A program made the position numbers and the translations under genes. A stretch of DNA of 64,000 nt, from positions 640,001 to 704,000 of the forward strand of contig CBDIIB010000004.1 in assembly GCA_965279525.1 (NCBI GenBank), in the 5' to 3' direction. The notes beneath the pieces are model-generated. The model was not told where the DNA came from. It searched no databases and saw nothing but the letters and a program-made list of their open reading frames with translations. Numbering within the stretch: position 1 is the stretch's first letter; each line of letters begins with the position of its first letter. The DNA comes from Tagaea sp. (lineage in GTDB: Bacteria; Pseudomonadota; Alphaproteobacteria; CACIAM-22H2). This document shows, in pieces, positions 48,356-60,341 of the stretch.

Positions 48356-50437
48356 TCAGTGGCCGCCGGCCAGGATCGCGAGCAGCAGGATCGCGACGAT
48401 ATTGATGATCTTGATCATCGGATTGACGGCCGGACCGGCCGTGTCCTTGTAGGGGTCGCCGACGGTGTCGCCGGTGACCGCCGCCTTGTGGGCGTCGGAC
48501 CCCTTGCCGCCGTAGTGGCCCTCTTCGATGTACTTCTTGGCGTTGTCCCACGCACCGCCGCCCGACGTCATCGAGATGGCGACGAACAGGCCCGTGACGA
48601 TCGTGCCGAGGAGCATGGCGCCCATCGACGCGAAGGCTTCCGCCTGTCCCGCGATCATCAGGATCACGAAGTAGAGGACGATCGGTGCCAGCACCGGCAG
48701 CAGCGAGGGGATGATCATCTCGCGGATTGCCGACGCCGTCAGCATGTCGACCGCACGGCCGTAGTCCGGCTTGCCCGTCCCGGCCATGATGCCCGGGATC
48801 TCGCGGAACTGGCGGCGCACTTCCTCGACCACGGCACCGGCGGCCTTGCCGACCGCCGTCATGCCCATTGCCCCGAACAGGAAGGGCAGCGAGCCGCCAA
48901 TGAACAGGCCGACGACCACGTACGGATTCGTCAGGCTGAAATTGACCTTGCCCGCCAGCTGCGGAAACAGCCGTTCCAGGTCGTAGATGTAGGCCGCGAA
49001 CAGCACCACGGCAGCGAGACCGGCAGAACCGATCGCGTAGCCCTTGGTGACCGCCTTGGTCGTGTTGCCCACCGCGTCGAGCGCGTCGGTGAACTTGCGC
49101 ACTTCCTTGGGCAGGCCCGACATCTCGGCAATGCCGCCGGCATTGTCGGTGACGGGGCCGTAGGCATCGAGCGCCACGATGATGCCGGCGAGTGCCAGCA
49201 TCGTCGTCGCCGCGATGCCGATCCCGTAGAGACCGCCGGTCAGGTACGAGGCGAGGATGCCCGCACAGATCACGACCACCGGAAGGAACGTCGATTCCAG
49301 CGAGATCGCGAGACCCTGGATGACGTTCGTGCCGTGGCCCGTCTGCGAGGCGGCCGCCACCGAACGGACCGGGCGGTATTCGGTGCCCGTGTAGTATTCG
49401 GTGATCCACACGAGCAGGGCCGTGACGCCCATGCCGACGAGGGCGCAGATGAACATGCCCATGCCGGTCGAGTTGCCGATCTTCGTGTCGAAGCCGATGT
49501 ACTGCTGCGTCACGAAGAAGATCAGCACGGTCGAGGCGACACCGGTCACGATCAGCGACTTGTAGAGCGCCTTCATGATGTTGCCGTCGGGCCCGAGCTT
49601 GACGAAGAACGTGCCCAGGACCGAGGCCGCGATGCACACGCCCGCGATGAGCAGCGGGTACATCATCATGGTCAGCGTCTGTTCGCCGGTGAAGAAGATG
49701 GTGGCGAGCAGCATCGTGGCCACGATCGTCACGGCGTAGGTTTCGAAAAGGTCGGCGGCCATGCCGGCGCAGTCGCCGACGTTGTCGCCGACGTTGTCGG
49801 CGATCACGGCCGGGTTGCGCGGGTCATCCTCGGGGATACCCGCTTCGACCTTGCCGACGAGGTCGGCGCCGACATCCGCACCCTTGGTGAAGATGCCGCC
49901 GCCCAGACGCGCGAAGATCGAGATCAGCGAGGCGCCGAACGAAAGTGCCACGAGCGCTTCGACGGTGGCCGAAGAGGTGGCACCCTTCCACGAGGAGAGG
50001 GCGCCGAAATAGCCCGTCACGCCGAGGATGCCGAGGCCGACAACCAGCAGGCCGGTGATGGCGCCCGCCTTGAAGGCGACGTCGAGTGCCGGCTGCAGGC
50101 CGCCGCGCGCGGCTTCCGCCGTGCGCACGTTGGCGCGGACCGAGACGTTCATGCCGATGTAGCCGGTGGCACCCGAAAGGACCGCGCCGACGACGAAGCC
50201 GAGGGCCACGTGGATGCCGAGCGTGAAGGCGAGGACCAGCGCCACGAGGACGCCGACGATCGCGATCGTGCGGTACTGGCGGTTGAGATATGCCCCAGCG
50301 CCTTCGGCGATGGCGGCGGCGATTTTCTGCATGGTTTCGTTACCGGCAGAAACCGCGACGACCTGGCGGTACGCGACGATCCCGTAAAGGATCGCGAGAA
50401 TACCGCACGCAATGATGAGCCAAAACGCGCCTGACAT
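48356..50437 (-). CDS. hppA: Membrane-bound proton-translocating pyrophosphatase, K+-independent type
   Basis: [35 protein letters not shown] (Lys at the K+-independence position), [10 protein letters not shown]. Confidence 0.95.
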   Translation of the reverse strand: MSGAFWLIIACGILAILYGIVAYRQVVAVSAGNETMQKIAAAIAEGAGAYLNRQYRTIAIVGVLVALVLAFTLGIHVALGFVVGAVLSGATGYIGMNVSVRANVRTAEAARGGLQPALDVAFKAGAITGLLVVGLGILGVTGYFGALSSWKGATSSATVEALVALSFGASLISIFARLGGGIFTKGADVGADLVGKVEAGIPEDDPRNPAVIADNVGDNVGDCAGMAADLFETYAVTIVATMLLATIFFTGEQTLTMMMYPLLIAGVCIAASVLGTFFVKLGPDGNIMKALYKSLIVTGVASTVLIFFVTQQYIGFDTKIGNSTGMGMFICALVGMGVTALLVWITEYYTGTEYRPVRSVAAASQTGHGTNVIQGLAISLESTFLPVVVICAGILASYLTGGLYGIGIAATTMLALAGIIVALDAYGPVTDNAGGIAEMSGLPKEVRKFTDALDAVGNTTKAVTKGYAIGSAGLAAVVLFAAYIYDLERLFPQLAGKVNFSLTNPYVVVGLFIGGSLPFLFGAMGMTAVGKAAGAVVEEVRRQFREIPGIMAGTGKPDYGRAVDMLTASAIREMIIPSLLPVLAPIVLYFVILMIAGQAEAFASMGAMLLGTIVTGLFVAISMTSGGGAWDNAKKYIEEGHYGGKGSDAHKAAVTGDTVGDPYKDTAGPAVNPMIKIINIVAILLLAILAGGH

Positions 50438-50610
50438 GAGTTCCGGTCCTCGGTTTTTCTTTTAGGTTCAAAGACTTCCTTCGGGACTCGCGAAGCGGGC
50501 CCGAAAGCGGGGCGGAACATGCCAGATGCCCCCCTGTAGCGCAAGGCTTTGCGCGGGCATCGCAAACCCGCATATTCGCTCGGTTTTTCACTGTCCGGAA
50601 CGCCATTGCC

Positions 50611-51186
50611 ATGCCCTTCCTCCTCGCCGGCCTTCTCCTGTTTCTCGGCACGCACCTCGTCACGACCCGCCGTGCGCTCCGGGCGGACCTGATCGCGCGG
50701 CTTGGGGCCAACGGCTACAAAGGCATCTATACGGCCGCTTCGATCGCCGGCTTCGTCCTGCTGATCTATGGCTTCGGCAGCTATCGCGCCCAGGGATATG
50801 TCGACATCTGGACACCGCCCAAGGCACTGACGCATGTCGCCTACCTGCTTCTACTGCCGGTCTTCGTCCTGCTGGCGGCCCAGCGGCCAAGCTGGATCAA
50901 GACCAAGGTGCGCCATCCGATGCTGCTGGCGATCAAGTGCTGGGCGCTGGCACACCTGCTCGTCAACGGCGATCTGGGATCGATGCTGATGTTCGGCGGA
51001 TTCCTCGCTTGGGCCATCGTCTCGCGCGTGTCGCTGCGCGAACGTGAGCGCGTCGAAGGATCGACGCTTCAGCCGACGGCGTTCGGCAAAAGCGACGTTC
51101 TCGCACTGGCCGTCGGGCTGGCCGCTTATGTCGTCTTCGCGCTGTGGCTCCACCCGATGCTGATCGGCGTGCCGGTCTTCGGCTAG
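50611..51186 (+). CDS. nnrU: NnrU-family membrane protein
   Basis: LFLGTH, RHPML, WALAHLLVNGD, LHPMLIGV. Confidence 0.88.
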   Translation: MPFLLAGLLLFLGTHLVTTRRALRADLIARLGANGYKGIYTAASIAGFVLLIYGFGSYRAQGYVDIWTPPKALTHVAYLLLLPVFVLLAAQRPSWIKTKVRHPMLLAIKCWALAHLLVNGDLGSMLMFGGFLAWAIVSRVSLRERERVEGSTLQPTAFGKSDVLALAVGLAAYVVFALWLHPMLIGVPVFG

Positions 51187-52385
51187 CCCTGCGCCGCGCC
51201 CCGGTTGCGCGCGGCGAGCCACGCGAGTGCCGCGAACGACGCGACGATCAGCGGCAGCACGCTTGCGTTGATCGCCGACCAGCCGATCGTGTTCTGCAGC
51301 CAGCCGGCCGCAGCCGCGGCGGCGGCGACCGTGCCGAACACGATGAAGTCGTTGGCGGCCTGGACCTTGGCCTTCTCGGGCGGACGGTACGTTTCCGTCA
51401 GCAGCGTCGTGGCGCCGATATAGAGGAAGTTCCAGCCCAGCCCGAGCAGGATCAATCCCACATAGAAATTCCAGAACTCGAGCCCCGCGAGCACGATGCC
51501 CGCCGACCCGACGAGCAGCACCGCGCCCGCCTTCATGACGTTGAGCAGGCCGAAGCGCGCGATGATCGTGCCTGTGAAGAACGACGGCACGAACATCGCC
51601 AGCACATGCGCCTGGATGGTGCGCGCCGCGTCGTCGAAGAGATGGCCGCAGGCGATCATCGCCAGCGGCGTTGCGTTCATCACCAGCGACATGACGCTGT
51701 AGGCGACCACACCGGAGAAGATCGCGACCGCCGCCTTGGGCTGGGTGAGGATTTCGGCAAGCGGGCGCGAGGCGCCCGTCTGCTCGTCGCCGCTCGGCAC
51801 CGGGATGTCGACGAGCTGGACGGCAAGCAGCGCCAGGATCGAAACGAACGCGAGCGCCACGAACGAACCGACGAACGCGACGGGCTCGAACAGGTCGTGC
51901 GTTAGCCTGGCAAGCTCCGGCCCGGCGACGCCCGCGAACACGCCGCCGGCGAGCACGTAGCTGATCGCCTTGCCGCGCCCGGCCGCGGGCACGCCGTCGG
52001 CCGCCGCAAAGCGGTAGAACAGGCCGAAGCCGCTATAGACGCCGTTCAGCATGCTGCCGACACAGAACAGCAGGAACGATCCGTCGAAAATGCCGACGAC
52101 GCAGACGATCTGTCCGGCAAGGCCGAACGCGGCACCCAGCGAGAATCCCGCACGTCGCCCGTAGCGCTTCATCAGGAACGATGCCGGGAACGTCGTCAGC
52201 ATCGCGGCGAGCTGCATGAGGCCCACGGGAAGCGTGGCCATCGACTTGTTCTCGGCGAGCATGTGGCCCACGAGGGCCGCCTCGGCGATCATCGTCGAGG
52301 TCCCGATCATCAGCAGGGCCTGGGCGACCGACAGCACGATCACGTTGCGGCGCGTCTTATCGGCCGTCGACACGGTGGAGTCCAT
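51183..52385 (-). CDS. MFS transporter
   Basis: Many TM helices, MKRYGRRAGF, YRFAAAD, AHVLAMFVPSFFTG, GWNFLYIG. Confidence 0.9.
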   Translation of the reverse strand: MDSTVSTADKTRRNVIVLSVAQALLMIGTSTMIAEAALVGHMLAENKSMATLPVGLMQLAAMLTTFPASFLMKRYGRRAGFSLGAAFGLAGQIVCVVGIFDGSFLLFCVGSMLNGVYSGFGLFYRFAAADGVPAAGRGKAISYVLAGGVFAGVAGPELARLTHDLFEPVAFVGSFVALAFVSILALLAVQLVDIPVPSGDEQTGASRPLAEILTQPKAAVAIFSGVVAYSVMSLVMNATPLAMIACGHLFDDAARTIQAHVLAMFVPSFFTGTIIARFGLLNVMKAGAVLLVGSAGIVLAGLEFWNFYVGLILLGLGWNFLYIGATTLLTETYRPPEKAKVQAANDFIVFGTVAAAAAAAGWLQNTIGWSAINASVLPLIVASFAALAWLAARNRGAAQG

Positions 52386-52402
52386 TTTCGCTTTTCCGGC
52401 TT

Positions 52403-52813
52403 TCAGCTTCCGATGCGCCGTTCGAGCACGCGCTCGAAGACGATGTCCTCGATGATGCCTTCCTTGCCGAGGATCTTGGCCGAGGAGGCGAGCATCCGGC
52501 GCTTGGCGCGCTCGCGGTCGAAATGGTCGCCGCGCGAGGCGACGTCGTTGAGATCGAACACGTAGGCGTTCTGCAGCCGGTCCATGGCGTTGCGCACGGC
52601 GTCCATGTCTTCCTTGCGCGCGATGCGCAGCTTGATCAGCAGCGCATAGTGCCGGCGCACCTGGTCGCCCTGGATCGCGGGCACCAGCATGCGCGGCAGG
52701 AAAAGCTCGGCGCCCGGATCGTCGACGATCGGGCCTTCGGCCGGCTTGTCCTGGGCGTGCAGCGGCGCCACGGCAAGGCAAAGGAGAATCGCGAGAGCGA
52801 CGAGGAAACGCAT
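52403..52813 (-). CDS. Hypothetical exported protein, possibly FliL-like fold
   Basis: Signal peptide; LPRMLVP...IKLRI...MDRLQNAY...AKRRML...ILG..IIEDIVF follows the FliL core pattern. Confidence 0.6.
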   Translation of the reverse strand: MRFLVALAILLCLAVAPLHAQDKPAEGPIVDDPGAELFLPRMLVPAIQGDQVRRHYALLIKLRIARKEDMDAVRNAMDRLQNAYVFDLNDVASRGDHFDRERAKRRMLASSAKILGKEGIIEDIVFERVLERRIGS

Positions 52814-52833
52814 CGCGCGACTATGGACCAGCC

Positions 52834-53814
52834 TCAGTAGTGGGTAAAGCCCGCCTGCGCCAACCGCAGCACCCGGCTCTGGGAATCGACGATCCGCACG
52901 ACCGGGCGCCGTCCGGAAACCTGTCCGATCCGGGCGACCGGCGTGCCGGACTTTTTTGCAGCCTTCAGAACGGCGGCGCGCGCCGACGGCGGAGCGGCGA
53001 ACAGCAATTCGTAGTCGTCGCCGCCGGAAATCGCCGTATCGCGCAGTTTCACGTCAAGTCTGATCGCCGCCTCGGCAGCCGCCGAGAACGGAACGGCGTC
53101 GAGTTCGACGGTTGCCCCAACGGCCGAGGCCCGGCAGATATGCCCGAGATCGGCGGCAAGTCCGTCGGACACGTCCATCGCCGCATGCGCGATCCCGACA
53201 AGTGCCTGCCCGAGCGCCAGGCGCGGCTCAGGAACGCGATAGCGCGCGAGCAGCGCTGACCGACGCGGTGCCGCGAGCTTCTTCAGCTTGCCCGACGCGA
53301 CAAGCAGCCCGAGCGCGCCGTCGCCGATGCTTCCCGAGACCCAGAGATCATCGCCGTCCCGGGCACCGTCCCGGCGCAGCATCGTGCCGCGACGCGTCGT
53401 TCCCAATGCCGTGATCGCGATGCTGAACGGCCCCGGCGTGGACGTGCTGTCGCCGCCAAGGAGCGGAATGCCGAACGCGGCACCGTCGGCGGCAAGGCCA
53501 CGCGCGAACGCGGCGAGCCGCGCATCGTTCCAGCCGCGCGGCCGCATGATCGACAGGAAATAGCCGACGGGCCTCGCACCCTTGGCCGCGAGATCGGAAA
53601 GGTTGGTGCGCAGCGCCTTGCGCGCGATGTCGGCCGGCGGATCGGCATCGAAGAAATGCACGCCCGCGACGAGCGCGTCGGCGGTGACGACCAGTTCGTC
53701 CTTCGCCGATAGGCGCAGGCACGCCGCATCGTCCTTGAGCCCGAGGGCGGCTTGATGCCCGCGCGTCAGCGGGGCGAACAGGGCGGCGATGGTCTCGAAT
53801 TCGCCGCGCGCCAT
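52834..53814 (-). CDS. thiL: Thiamine-monophosphate kinase
   Basis: GEFETI, DDAA, GVHF, NLSDLAAKGA, GGDS, DVSDGL, GGDDYELLF. Confidence 0.96.
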   Translation of the reverse strand: MARGEFETIAALFAPLTRGHQAALGLKDDAACLRLSAKDELVVTADALVAGVHFFDADPPADIARKALRTNLSDLAAKGARPVGYFLSIMRPRGWNDARLAAFARGLAADGAAFGIPLLGGDSTSTPGPFSIAITALGTTRRGTMLRRDGARDGDDLWVSGSIGDGALGLLVASGKLKKLAAPRRSALLARYRVPEPRLALGQALVGIAHAAMDVSDGLAADLGHICRASAVGATVELDAVPFSAAAEAAIRLDVKLRDTAISGGDDYELLFAAPPSARAAVLKAAKKSGTPVARIGQVSGRRPVVRIVDSQSRVLRLAQAGFTHY

Positions 53815-53816
53815 CG

Positions 53817-54290
53817 TCAGGCCCTGCCCGCCATCTCCTGCGGACGGCGGTCCTTGGCGATGCGGTCGAGCACGCCGTTGACGAAGCCGGCTTCCTTTGC
53901 GGCATCGAAATCGAGCGAAAGGTCGACATAGGCATCGATGGTCACGCGCGCGGGCACGTCGCCGCGCGCGAGCAGCTCGTAAGCACCGGCGCGCAGGATG
54001 GCGCGGATCACCGGATCGATGCGCTGCAAGGTCCAGCCGCGCGCGAGTGCCGGCACGATCAGCGCGTCGATCTCGGGCTTGCGCGACCACGCCCCTTCGA
54101 CGAGGTCGGCGAAGAAGCCGGGCTCGGCCTCGGGCCAGTCCGGACCGCCGAAACCCGGCTTTAGCCGGAAACGGCGGAACTGCTCGACGACGTGCTTGGG
54201 ATCCTCGGCCGCGAACTCGACCTGATAGAGAGCCTGCACGGCGGCCAGACGCGACGTGGTGCGACCGTTCCTGCGCGAATTGCCGCTCAT
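53817..54290 (-). CDS. nusB: Transcription antitermination factor NusB
   Basis: [28 protein letters not shown]. Confidence 0.96.
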   Translation of the reverse strand: MSGNSRRNGRTTSRLAAVQALYQVEFAAEDPKHVVEQFRRFRLKPGFGGPDWPEAEPGFFADLVEGAWSRKPEIDALIVPALARGWTLQRIDPVIRAILRAGAYELLARGDVPARVTIDAYVDLSLDFDAAKEAGFVNGVLDRIAKDRRPQEMAGRA

Positions 54291-54793
54291 GGCGCGAGCC
54301 GGAGCGAGCGCTTGTAGGCGATCATCGCGAGAGCGGCCTGCGCGGCCCCTGCCCCCTTGTCGCCTTCGCTGCGCTTGGCGCGCGCCCAGGCCTGCCCAAT
54401 GGTCTCGACCGTCAGGATGCCGTAGCCGATCGCAAGCCCGCGCCGCACGGCGAGGTCCTGCAGGCCGCGCGCACTCTCGCCGCAGACATAATCGTAGTGC
54501 GAGGTTTCGCCGCGGATGACGGCACCCAGCGCCACGAAGCCGTCATAGGGCACGACGCCGGGCACGCGCTCACCGGCCATGTCGGCCATCGCGATGGCGC
54601 CGGGTATCTCGAAAGCACCCGGAACGGCGACCCGCTCGGCGATGCCGCCGACCGCCGCGATGGCGGCAAGGGCACCCGCGGCCAGTTCGTCGGCTAATTC
54701 GGCATAGAAGCGGGCCTCGACGATCAGCAGGCGCGGTGGGGCGCCTGCGAAATCGGCTTTGGTTGGGGCGGTGAAATCAGCGCGTCCGAACAT
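54287..54793 (-). CDS. ribH: 6,7-dimethyl-8-ribityllumazine synthase
   Basis: [33 protein letters not shown]. Confidence 0.95.
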   Translation of the reverse strand: MFGRADFTAPTKADFAGAPPRLLIVEARFYAELADELAAGALAAIAAVGGIAERVAVPGAFEIPGAIAMADMAGERVPGVVPYDGFVALGAVIRGETSHYDYVCGESARGLQDLAVRRGLAIGYGILTVETIGQAWARAKRSEGDKGAGAAQAALAMIAYKRSLRLAP

Positions 54794-55958
54794 CGATGCT
54801 CTTGTGCCCCACTATATCCAGACCGTATCCCTCGAGCCCGACGATCGAGCGGCGGGAGTTCGAAATCAGAATCATGTCGCGCACGCCCAGATCGAGCAGG
54901 ATCTGCGCGCCGATGCCATAGTCGCGAAGCTCGCCGGCACCGCCGGTTTTCGGCTTAGCCGCGGCATCGCCCAGACGCGCGCGCACGCGGTCCGACAGGC
55001 TCGTCGCGCGCGGCTCGCGCAGCAGGACGACCACGCCGCGCCCGGCCTCGCCAATCGCGCGCATCGCCGACTGCAAAGTGCCCGCGCGCCCGAGCGTGCG
55101 GTCGCCGAGCACGTCGTCGAGCACGTTGAGCGCATGCATGCGCACCAGCACCGGATCGGATTTGGAGATGTCGCCCTTCACGAGCGCGATGTGCTCGGCA
55201 TAGGCGGCACGGTTCACGTAGACGAGCATGCGCCACGTGCCGCCATGCTCGCTCTCGAACGTGGTTTCCTGCACGCGCTCGATGATGCGGTCGTTCTTGC
55301 GGCGGAACGCGATCAGGTCGGCGATCGTCGCGACCTTGAGCCCGTGGAGCTGGGCGAACTGCACGAGGTCCGGCAGGCGGGCCATCGTCCCGTCGTCGTT
55401 CATGATCTCGCAGATCACGCCGGCGGGGATGAGGCCGGCCATGCGCGCGATGTCGACGGCCGCCTCGGTGTGGCCGGCGCGCACGAGCGTGCCGCCGTCG
55501 CGCGCGACCAGCGGAAAGACATGCCCCGGGCTGACGATGTCGCGTGCACCCTTGCCCGGATCGATGGCGACCTGGATCGTGCGCGCGCGGTCGGCGGCCG
55601 AAATGCCGGTCGAGATGCCGTCGCGCGCCTCGATCGAGACGGTGAAGGCCGTCTGGTGGCGCGAGGCGTTGTCGGCGCTCATCAGCTTGAGGCCGAGCGT
55701 CTCGACGCGCTCGCGCGTCATCGAGAGACAGATGAGGCCGCGCCCGTAGCGCGCCATGAAGTTGACGGCCTCGGGCGTGGCGAACTGGGCCGGGATCACG
55801 AGGTCGCCTTCGTTCTCGCGGTCCTCGTCGTCGACGAGGATGAACATGCGCCCGTTGCGCGCGTCCTCGACGATCTCGTCGATCGACGACAGGAACGCCA
55901 CGTCGACCTTCCCGGTCTCGAGGATTTCCGTCTGGCGATTTGTCGGTTTGAAGGCCAC
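54777..55958 (-). CDS. ribB: 3,4-dihydroxy-2-butanone-4-phosphate synthase fused to a degenerate GTP cyclohydrolase II domain (RibBX type)
   Basis: [32 protein letters not shown]; C-domain [14 protein letters not shown] has no zinc Cys; DYGIGAQIL. Start codon uncertain. Confidence 0.92.
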   Translation of the reverse strand: MAFKPTNRQTEILETGKVDVAFLSSIDEIVEDARNGRMFILVDDEDRENEGDLVIPAQFATPEAVNFMARYGRGLICLSMTRERVETLGLKLMSADNASRHQTAFTVSIEARDGISTGISAADRARTIQVAIDPGKGARDIVSPGHVFPLVARDGGTLVRAGHTEAAVDIARMAGLIPAGVICEIMNDDGTMARLPDLVQFAQLHGLKVATIADLIAFRRKNDRIIERVQETTFESEHGGTWRMLVYVNRAAYAEHIALVKGDISKSDPVLVRMHALNVLDDVLGDRTLGRAGTLQSAMRAIGEAGRGVVVLLREPRATSLSDRVRARLGDAAAKPKTGGAGELRDYGIGAQILLDLGVRDMILISNSRRSIVGLEGYGLDIVGHKSIDVRTR

Positions 55959-55966
55959 GGCCGCGC

Positions 55967-56578
55967 TCAGCCCTTTCCAAGGATGCGCGCAACATAGCGC
56001 GCAAGCGCGTCGACTTCCATGTTCACCCGCCCGCCGACGGCCGTCCGGCCAAGCGTCGTCGCATCCCAGGTATGCGGAATGACGTTGATCCCGAAGCGGG
56101 CCGACCCGTCGGGGCGGTCCTCGACCTCGTTCACGGTCAGCGAGATGCCGTCGATGGCGACAGAGCCTTTGGGCGCCAGATAGCGCGCGAACGCCTTGGG
56201 TGCCTCGAACACCAGCCGGTGCGATCCCTGCTCCTGCGTCGCGGACACAAGAATTGCCGTGCAGTCGACATGGCCCGACACGATATGTCCGCCAAGTTCG
56301 TCGCCCACGCGCAGCGACGGCTCGAGATTGACCGGCGTGCCGACCTGCCATTCGCCAAGCGTGGTCTTCGACAATGTCTCGGCCGACGCTTCGACCGCGA
56401 ACCAGCCGGGCCCCTTCTCGATCGCCGTCAGGCAGCAGCCCGAGCACGCGATCGAAGCGCCGATGGCGAAGCGTGCGGTGTCGAGCGCGGTCTCGATCTC
56501 GAGGCGCGTATCGGAAGTGCGGGTGGCCGGTGCAAGCTTCCGCACGCGGGCCTTGTCGACGACGATGCCGGTGAACAT
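55967..56578 (-). CDS. ribE: Riboflavin synthase
   Basis: MFTGIV, GCCLT, GGHIVSGHVD, KGSVAIDGISLTV, IPHT. Confidence 0.96.
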   Translation of the reverse strand: MFTGIVVDKARVRKLAPATRTSDTRLEIETALDTARFAIGASIACSGCCLTAIEKGPGWFAVEASAETLSKTTLGEWQVGTPVNLEPSLRVGDELGGHIVSGHVDCTAILVSATQEQGSHRLVFEAPKAFARYLAPKGSVAIDGISLTVNEVEDRPDGSARFGINVIPHTWDATTLGRTAVGGRVNMEVDALARYVARILGKG

Positions 56579-56588
56579 GGCCGGCAAC

Positions 56589-57707
56589 TTATGTCGCCCG
56601 CGCCCAGGTTTCCAGTACGTCCTCGCCGCATTCGGTCACATCGAGGCGCGAAAAGCGCGGTGCCTGGGCCAGGAGATCGACCCCGAAGGCCGCCAGAGCG
56701 GGCACGCCGTCGCCCCCCAGCACAAGTCCGGCCCCGAACCGGGCCAGCCGGTCGACAAGGTCCGCGCGCAGGAATGCCGCTGCCAGATGCGATCCGCCTT
56801 CGACGAGCACGCGGGTGAGGCCCCGCTTTCCCAGCGCCTTCGCGATGTCGGCCGGCACGATATTTCCGGCACCGTCCGGCGGCAGATGGATGAGTTCGAT
56901 GCCGCAATCGGCCAGCACCTTGGCACGCGCCGGATCGCAATCGGCGCGCACCACGAACCAGGTCGGATGATCCTTTGCCGTGCGCACGACGCGCGCGGTC
57001 AACGGCACGCGCAGGCGCCCGTCGACGACGACGCGCACGCGCCGCGCCGTTTCGTAGCCGGCAAGGCGGACGTCGAGCATCGGATCGTCGGCGATCGCGG
57101 TTCCCGAACCGACGAGCGTGGCGTCGTGCCCGGCGCGCATGGCGTGCGCACGGGCGCGCGACGTCTCGCCGGTGATCCAGCGGCTTTCGCCGCGATGCGT
57201 GGCGATGCGACCGTCCAGCGAGGTGGCGAGCTTCAGCGTGAAGATCGGCCGGCCGTCGCGCACACGCTTGAAAAAGCCGGCATTGAGCGCGTCGGCTTCG
57301 TCCTGCAGCAGGCCGGTCTCGACCGCGATGCCCGCTTTGCGAAGCTTTTCCAGCCCCTGACCCGAGACGCGCGGGTCGGGATCGCCGGTCGCGGCGACGA
57401 CACGCACGATACCGGCTTCGATCAGTGCATCGGCGCAGGGCGGCGTCTTGCCGTGATGGCTGCAGGGTTCGAGGCTGACATAGGCGGTGGCGCCCCGCGC
57501 CGCCGCCCCTGCCCGCTTCAGCGCTTCGGCTTCGGCGTGCGGCCGTCCGCCTTGTTGCGTCCAGCCCCGCCCGACGACGGTGCCGTCGCGCACGACGACG
57601 CAGCCGACCGCCGGGTTGGGCCACACGGACCCGAGGCCGCGCCGGGCAAGTGCCAGCGCGGCGCGCATATGGGCCCGGTCGGCCTCACTCGTCGGAATCG
57701 CCGCCAA
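56589..57707 (-). CDS. ribD: Bifunctional riboflavin deaminase/reductase RibD
   Basis: [34 protein letters not shown]. Start may be ATG 57668 instead. Confidence 0.95.
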   Translation of the reverse strand: MAAIPTSEADRAHMRAALALARRGLGSVWPNPAVGCVVVRDGTVVGRGWTQQGGRPHAEAEALKRAGAAARGATAYVSLEPCSHHGKTPPCADALIEAGIVRVVAATGDPDPRVSGQGLEKLRKAGIAVETGLLQDEADALNAGFFKRVRDGRPIFTLKLATSLDGRIATHRGESRWITGETSRARAHAMRAGHDATLVGSGTAIADDPMLDVRLAGYETARRVRVVVDGRLRVPLTARVVRTAKDHPTWFVVRADCDPARAKVLADCGIELIHLPPDGAGNIVPADIAKALGKRGLTRVLVEGGSHLAAAFLRADLVDRLARFGAGLVLGGDGVPALAAFGVDLLAQAPRFSRLDVTECGEDVLETWARAT

Positions 57708-58146
57708 GCTTGCCGACGAAATCTTCGAAGTCCTTCGCTTCCCGGAAGTTCTTGTAGACCGAGGCGAAGCGGATATAGGCGACGTGGTCGAGCGTGCGCA
57801 GCGCGTCCATCACCATCTCGCCGACGACCGTCGAGGGGATCTCGCTCTCGCCGAGGCTCTCCAGGCGGCGCTGGATGCCCGAGACGATGCGCTCGACGCG
57901 ATCGGGCTCGACCGGGCGCTTGCGCACCGCATGCATCAGCGAGCGCAGGATCTTCTCGCGGTCGAACGGCTCCTTGACGCCGTTCTTCTTCACGATCGTC
58001 AGTTCGCGCAGTTGCACGCGCTCGAACGTGGTGAAGCGCGAGCCGCACGACGGACAGAAGCGCCGACGCCGGATGGCCGAGCCATCCTCCGTCGGGCGCG
58101 AGTCCTTCACCTGGGTATCTTCATGACCGCAAAACGGACAGCGCAT
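57685..58146 (-). CDS. nrdR: Transcriptional repressor NrdR
   Basis: [24 protein letters not shown]-cone, [10 protein letters not shown]. Confidence 0.98.
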   Translation of the reverse strand: MRCPFCGHEDTQVKDSRPTEDGSAIRRRRFCPSCGSRFTTFERVQLRELTIVKKNGVKEPFDREKILRSLMHAVRKRPVEPDRVERIVSGIQRRLESLGESEIPSTVVGEMVMDALRTLDHVAYIRFASVYKNFREAKDFEDFVGKLGGDSDE

Positions 58147-58173
58147 CTTCGGGGCGTTCCCTTCGTCTTGTTC

Positions 58174-59493
58174 TTAAAGTCCGCGATAGATCGGAAAGCG
58201 GCGGGCAAGCTCGCCCACCTTGGCGCGCACCGCGGTCTCGACGGCCGCGTTGTCGCCGCTGTTGGTGTTGGAAAGGCCGTTCAGCGTCTCGCCGATCAGG
58301 TCGGCGATCTGGCGGAACTCGGCCGGGCCGAAGCCGCGCGTGGTGCCCGCCGGCGTGCCAAGGCGCACGCCCGACGTGACCATCGGCTTTTCGGGATCGG
58401 CCGGGATGCCGTTCTTGTTGCAGGTGAGGCCGGCGCGCTCGAGGCTCTTTTCCGCGACGTTGCCGGTCAGCTTTTTGGGCCGCAGGTCGACGAGCATCAG
58501 GTGGCTGTCCGTGCCGCCCGAGACGATGGCAAAGCCATGCTCGACCAGGCGGGCCGCCATCGCGCGCGCGTTCTCGACCACGCGCTGGGCGTAGATCTTG
58601 AACTCGGGCTTCAGCGCCTCGCCGAACGCGACGGCCTTGGCGGCGATCACGTGCATCAGCGGGCCGCCCTGCAGGCCAGGGAAGACGGCCGAGTTGATCT
58701 TCTTGCCGAGATCCTCGTCCATCGAGAGGATCATGCCGCCGCGCGGACCGCGCAGCGTCTTGTGAGTCGTCGTCGTCACGACATGCGCGTGCGGCAGCGG
58801 GCTGGGATACGCACCGCCCGCGATCAGGCCGGCATAGTGCGCCATGTCGACCATCAGATAGGCGCCGACCTTGTCGGCGACCGCGCGGAAGCGCGCGAAG
58901 TCGATCTGGCGCGAATAGGCCGAGCCGCCCGCGATTATGAGCTTGGGCTTCACTTCGAGCGCCTTGGCTTCCATCGCGTCGTAGTCGATGAGCTGGTTGT
59001 CCGCGCGCACGCCGTAGGACGCGACCTTGAACCACTTGCCGGACTGGTTGGCCGGTGCGCCATGCGTGAGATGCCCGCCTTCGGCGAGCGACATGCCAAG
59101 GAACGTGTCGCCCGGCTGCAGGAGTGCGAAGAACACCGCCTGGTTCGCCTGCGCGCCCGAATGGGGCTGCACGTTGGCGAAGTTGCAGCCGAACAGCTTC
59201 TTGGCGCGCGCGATGGCCAGAGCTTCGGCCTCGTCGACGAACTCGCAGCCGCCGTAATAGCGCCGGCCCGGATAGCCTTCGGCGTACTTGTTGGTCAGCA
59301 CCGAGCCTTGTGCTTCGAGCACGGCGCGGCTGACGATGTTCTCCGAGGCGATCAGCTCGATCTGATCCTGCTGGCGCGCAAGCTCGCGGTCGATGGCGCC
59401 GCGGATGTCCGGATCGGCATCCTTGAGGCTCGTTCCGAAGAAGCGCTGGGCGAAGTCTGATTCGATCACGCGGGCGGGTTCGGCAGGCGACAT
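58174..59493 (-). CDS. glyA: Serine hydroxymethyltransferase
   Basis: [44 protein letters not shown]. Confidence 0.98.
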   Translation of the reverse strand: MSPAEPARVIESDFAQRFFGTSLKDADPDIRGAIDRELARQQDQIELIASENIVSRAVLEAQGSVLTNKYAEGYPGRRYYGGCEFVDEAEALAIARAKKLFGCNFANVQPHSGAQANQAVFFALLQPGDTFLGMSLAEGGHLTHGAPANQSGKWFKVASYGVRADNQLIDYDAMEAKALEVKPKLIIAGGSAYSRQIDFARFRAVADKVGAYLMVDMAHYAGLIAGGAYPSPLPHAHVVTTTTHKTLRGPRGGMILSMDEDLGKKINSAVFPGLQGGPLMHVIAAKAVAFGEALKPEFKIYAQRVVENARAMAARLVEHGFAIVSGGTDSHLMLVDLRPKKLTGNVAEKSLERAGLTCNKNGIPADPEKPMVTSGVRLGTPAGTTRGFGPAEFRQIADLIGETLNGLSNTNSGDNAAVETAVRAKVGELARRFPIYRGL

Positions 59494-59530
59494 CGGCGGA
59501 AGTTCCTCTGGCGTTCGTGTTTGCTTTGCG

Positions 59531-59962
59531 TCAGCCGAGCTTGGCGACGCGTCTTTCGTGGCGTCCGCCGCCGAACGGCGTGGACAGGAAGACCTTGAGG
59601 CAGGCGCGCGCGACCTCGGGTCCGATCACGCGGGCACCCATCGCGAGCACGTTGGCATCGTTGTGCTCGCGGCTGAGGCGCGCGGTCGTCTCGTCGTGGC
59701 AGAGTGCGGCGCGGATGTGGCGGTGGCGGTTGGCGGCGATCGAGATGCCGATGCCCGTCCCGCAGATCAGCACGCCGCGCGATGCGCGTCCGTCCTTGAG
59801 TGCGGCTGCAAGCCGGTCGGCGAAGTCGGGATAATCGACGCTGTCGGCCGCGTTCGTGCCGAGGTCGACGACAGGCACGCCGGCAGCTTCCAAGTCCTTG
59901 ACCAGCAAGGCTTTGAGTTCGTATCCGCCGTGGTCGGCTGCAAGGGCGATGGCGTCTGTCAT
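59531..59962 (-). CDS. rpiB: Ribose-5-phosphate isomerase B
   Basis: [28 protein letters not shown]. Confidence 0.96.
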   Translation of the reverse strand: MTDAIALAADHGGYELKALLVKDLEAAGVPVVDLGTNAADSVDYPDFADRLAAALKDGRASRGVLICGTGIGISIAANRHRHIRAALCHDETTARLSREHNDANVLAMGARVIGPEVARACLKVFLSTPFGGGRHERRVAKLG

Positions 59963-60042
59963 ATTGGCGCGGACGCTACCATATGTCGTCGCGGCGCCAC
60001 AATCCGCCCCCAAGGCGTTGCGATTTTTGGGCTTTTCGACCC

Positions 60043-60231
60043 CTAGGGCGTCTGGCCCTCGTTGCGGCGCAATGCGGCCTCGAGCTTGCGCAGCGCGTTC
60101 GCCCGCAGCAGCGCATCGCCGCCGTTCGACGGGCCGACGATCGAGACCTCGATGCCGGTCTCGGTGTCGATGGCGGTCACCTTGACGAAGGCGCCGATCC
60201 GGTGGAATTCGAAGAGCGCGTCGCGCGGCAT
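60043..60231 (-). CDS. Small conserved protein (DUF6898-like)
   Basis: LFEFHRIGAFVKVTAIDTETGIEVSIVGP...ALRKL. Confidence 0.7.
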   Translation of the reverse strand: MPRDALFEFHRIGAFVKVTAIDTETGIEVSIVGPSNGGDALLRANALRKLEAALRRNEGQTP

Positions 60232-60341
60232 CGGGGCGAATCCGGGAGCGTGAAGGGAAAGATCATTCAATCATGCAGTCGCCCCCGGCACGCAAGCCCG
60301 CGTGCCTTGCCCGGCAATTATTTTAGTTCTAAAATATCTCG

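Noticed and set aside
58146-60042. ZTP or FMN riboswitch ahead of glyA or the rib genes
   Set aside because: Intergenic gaps are too short and lack recognisable aptamer motifs.
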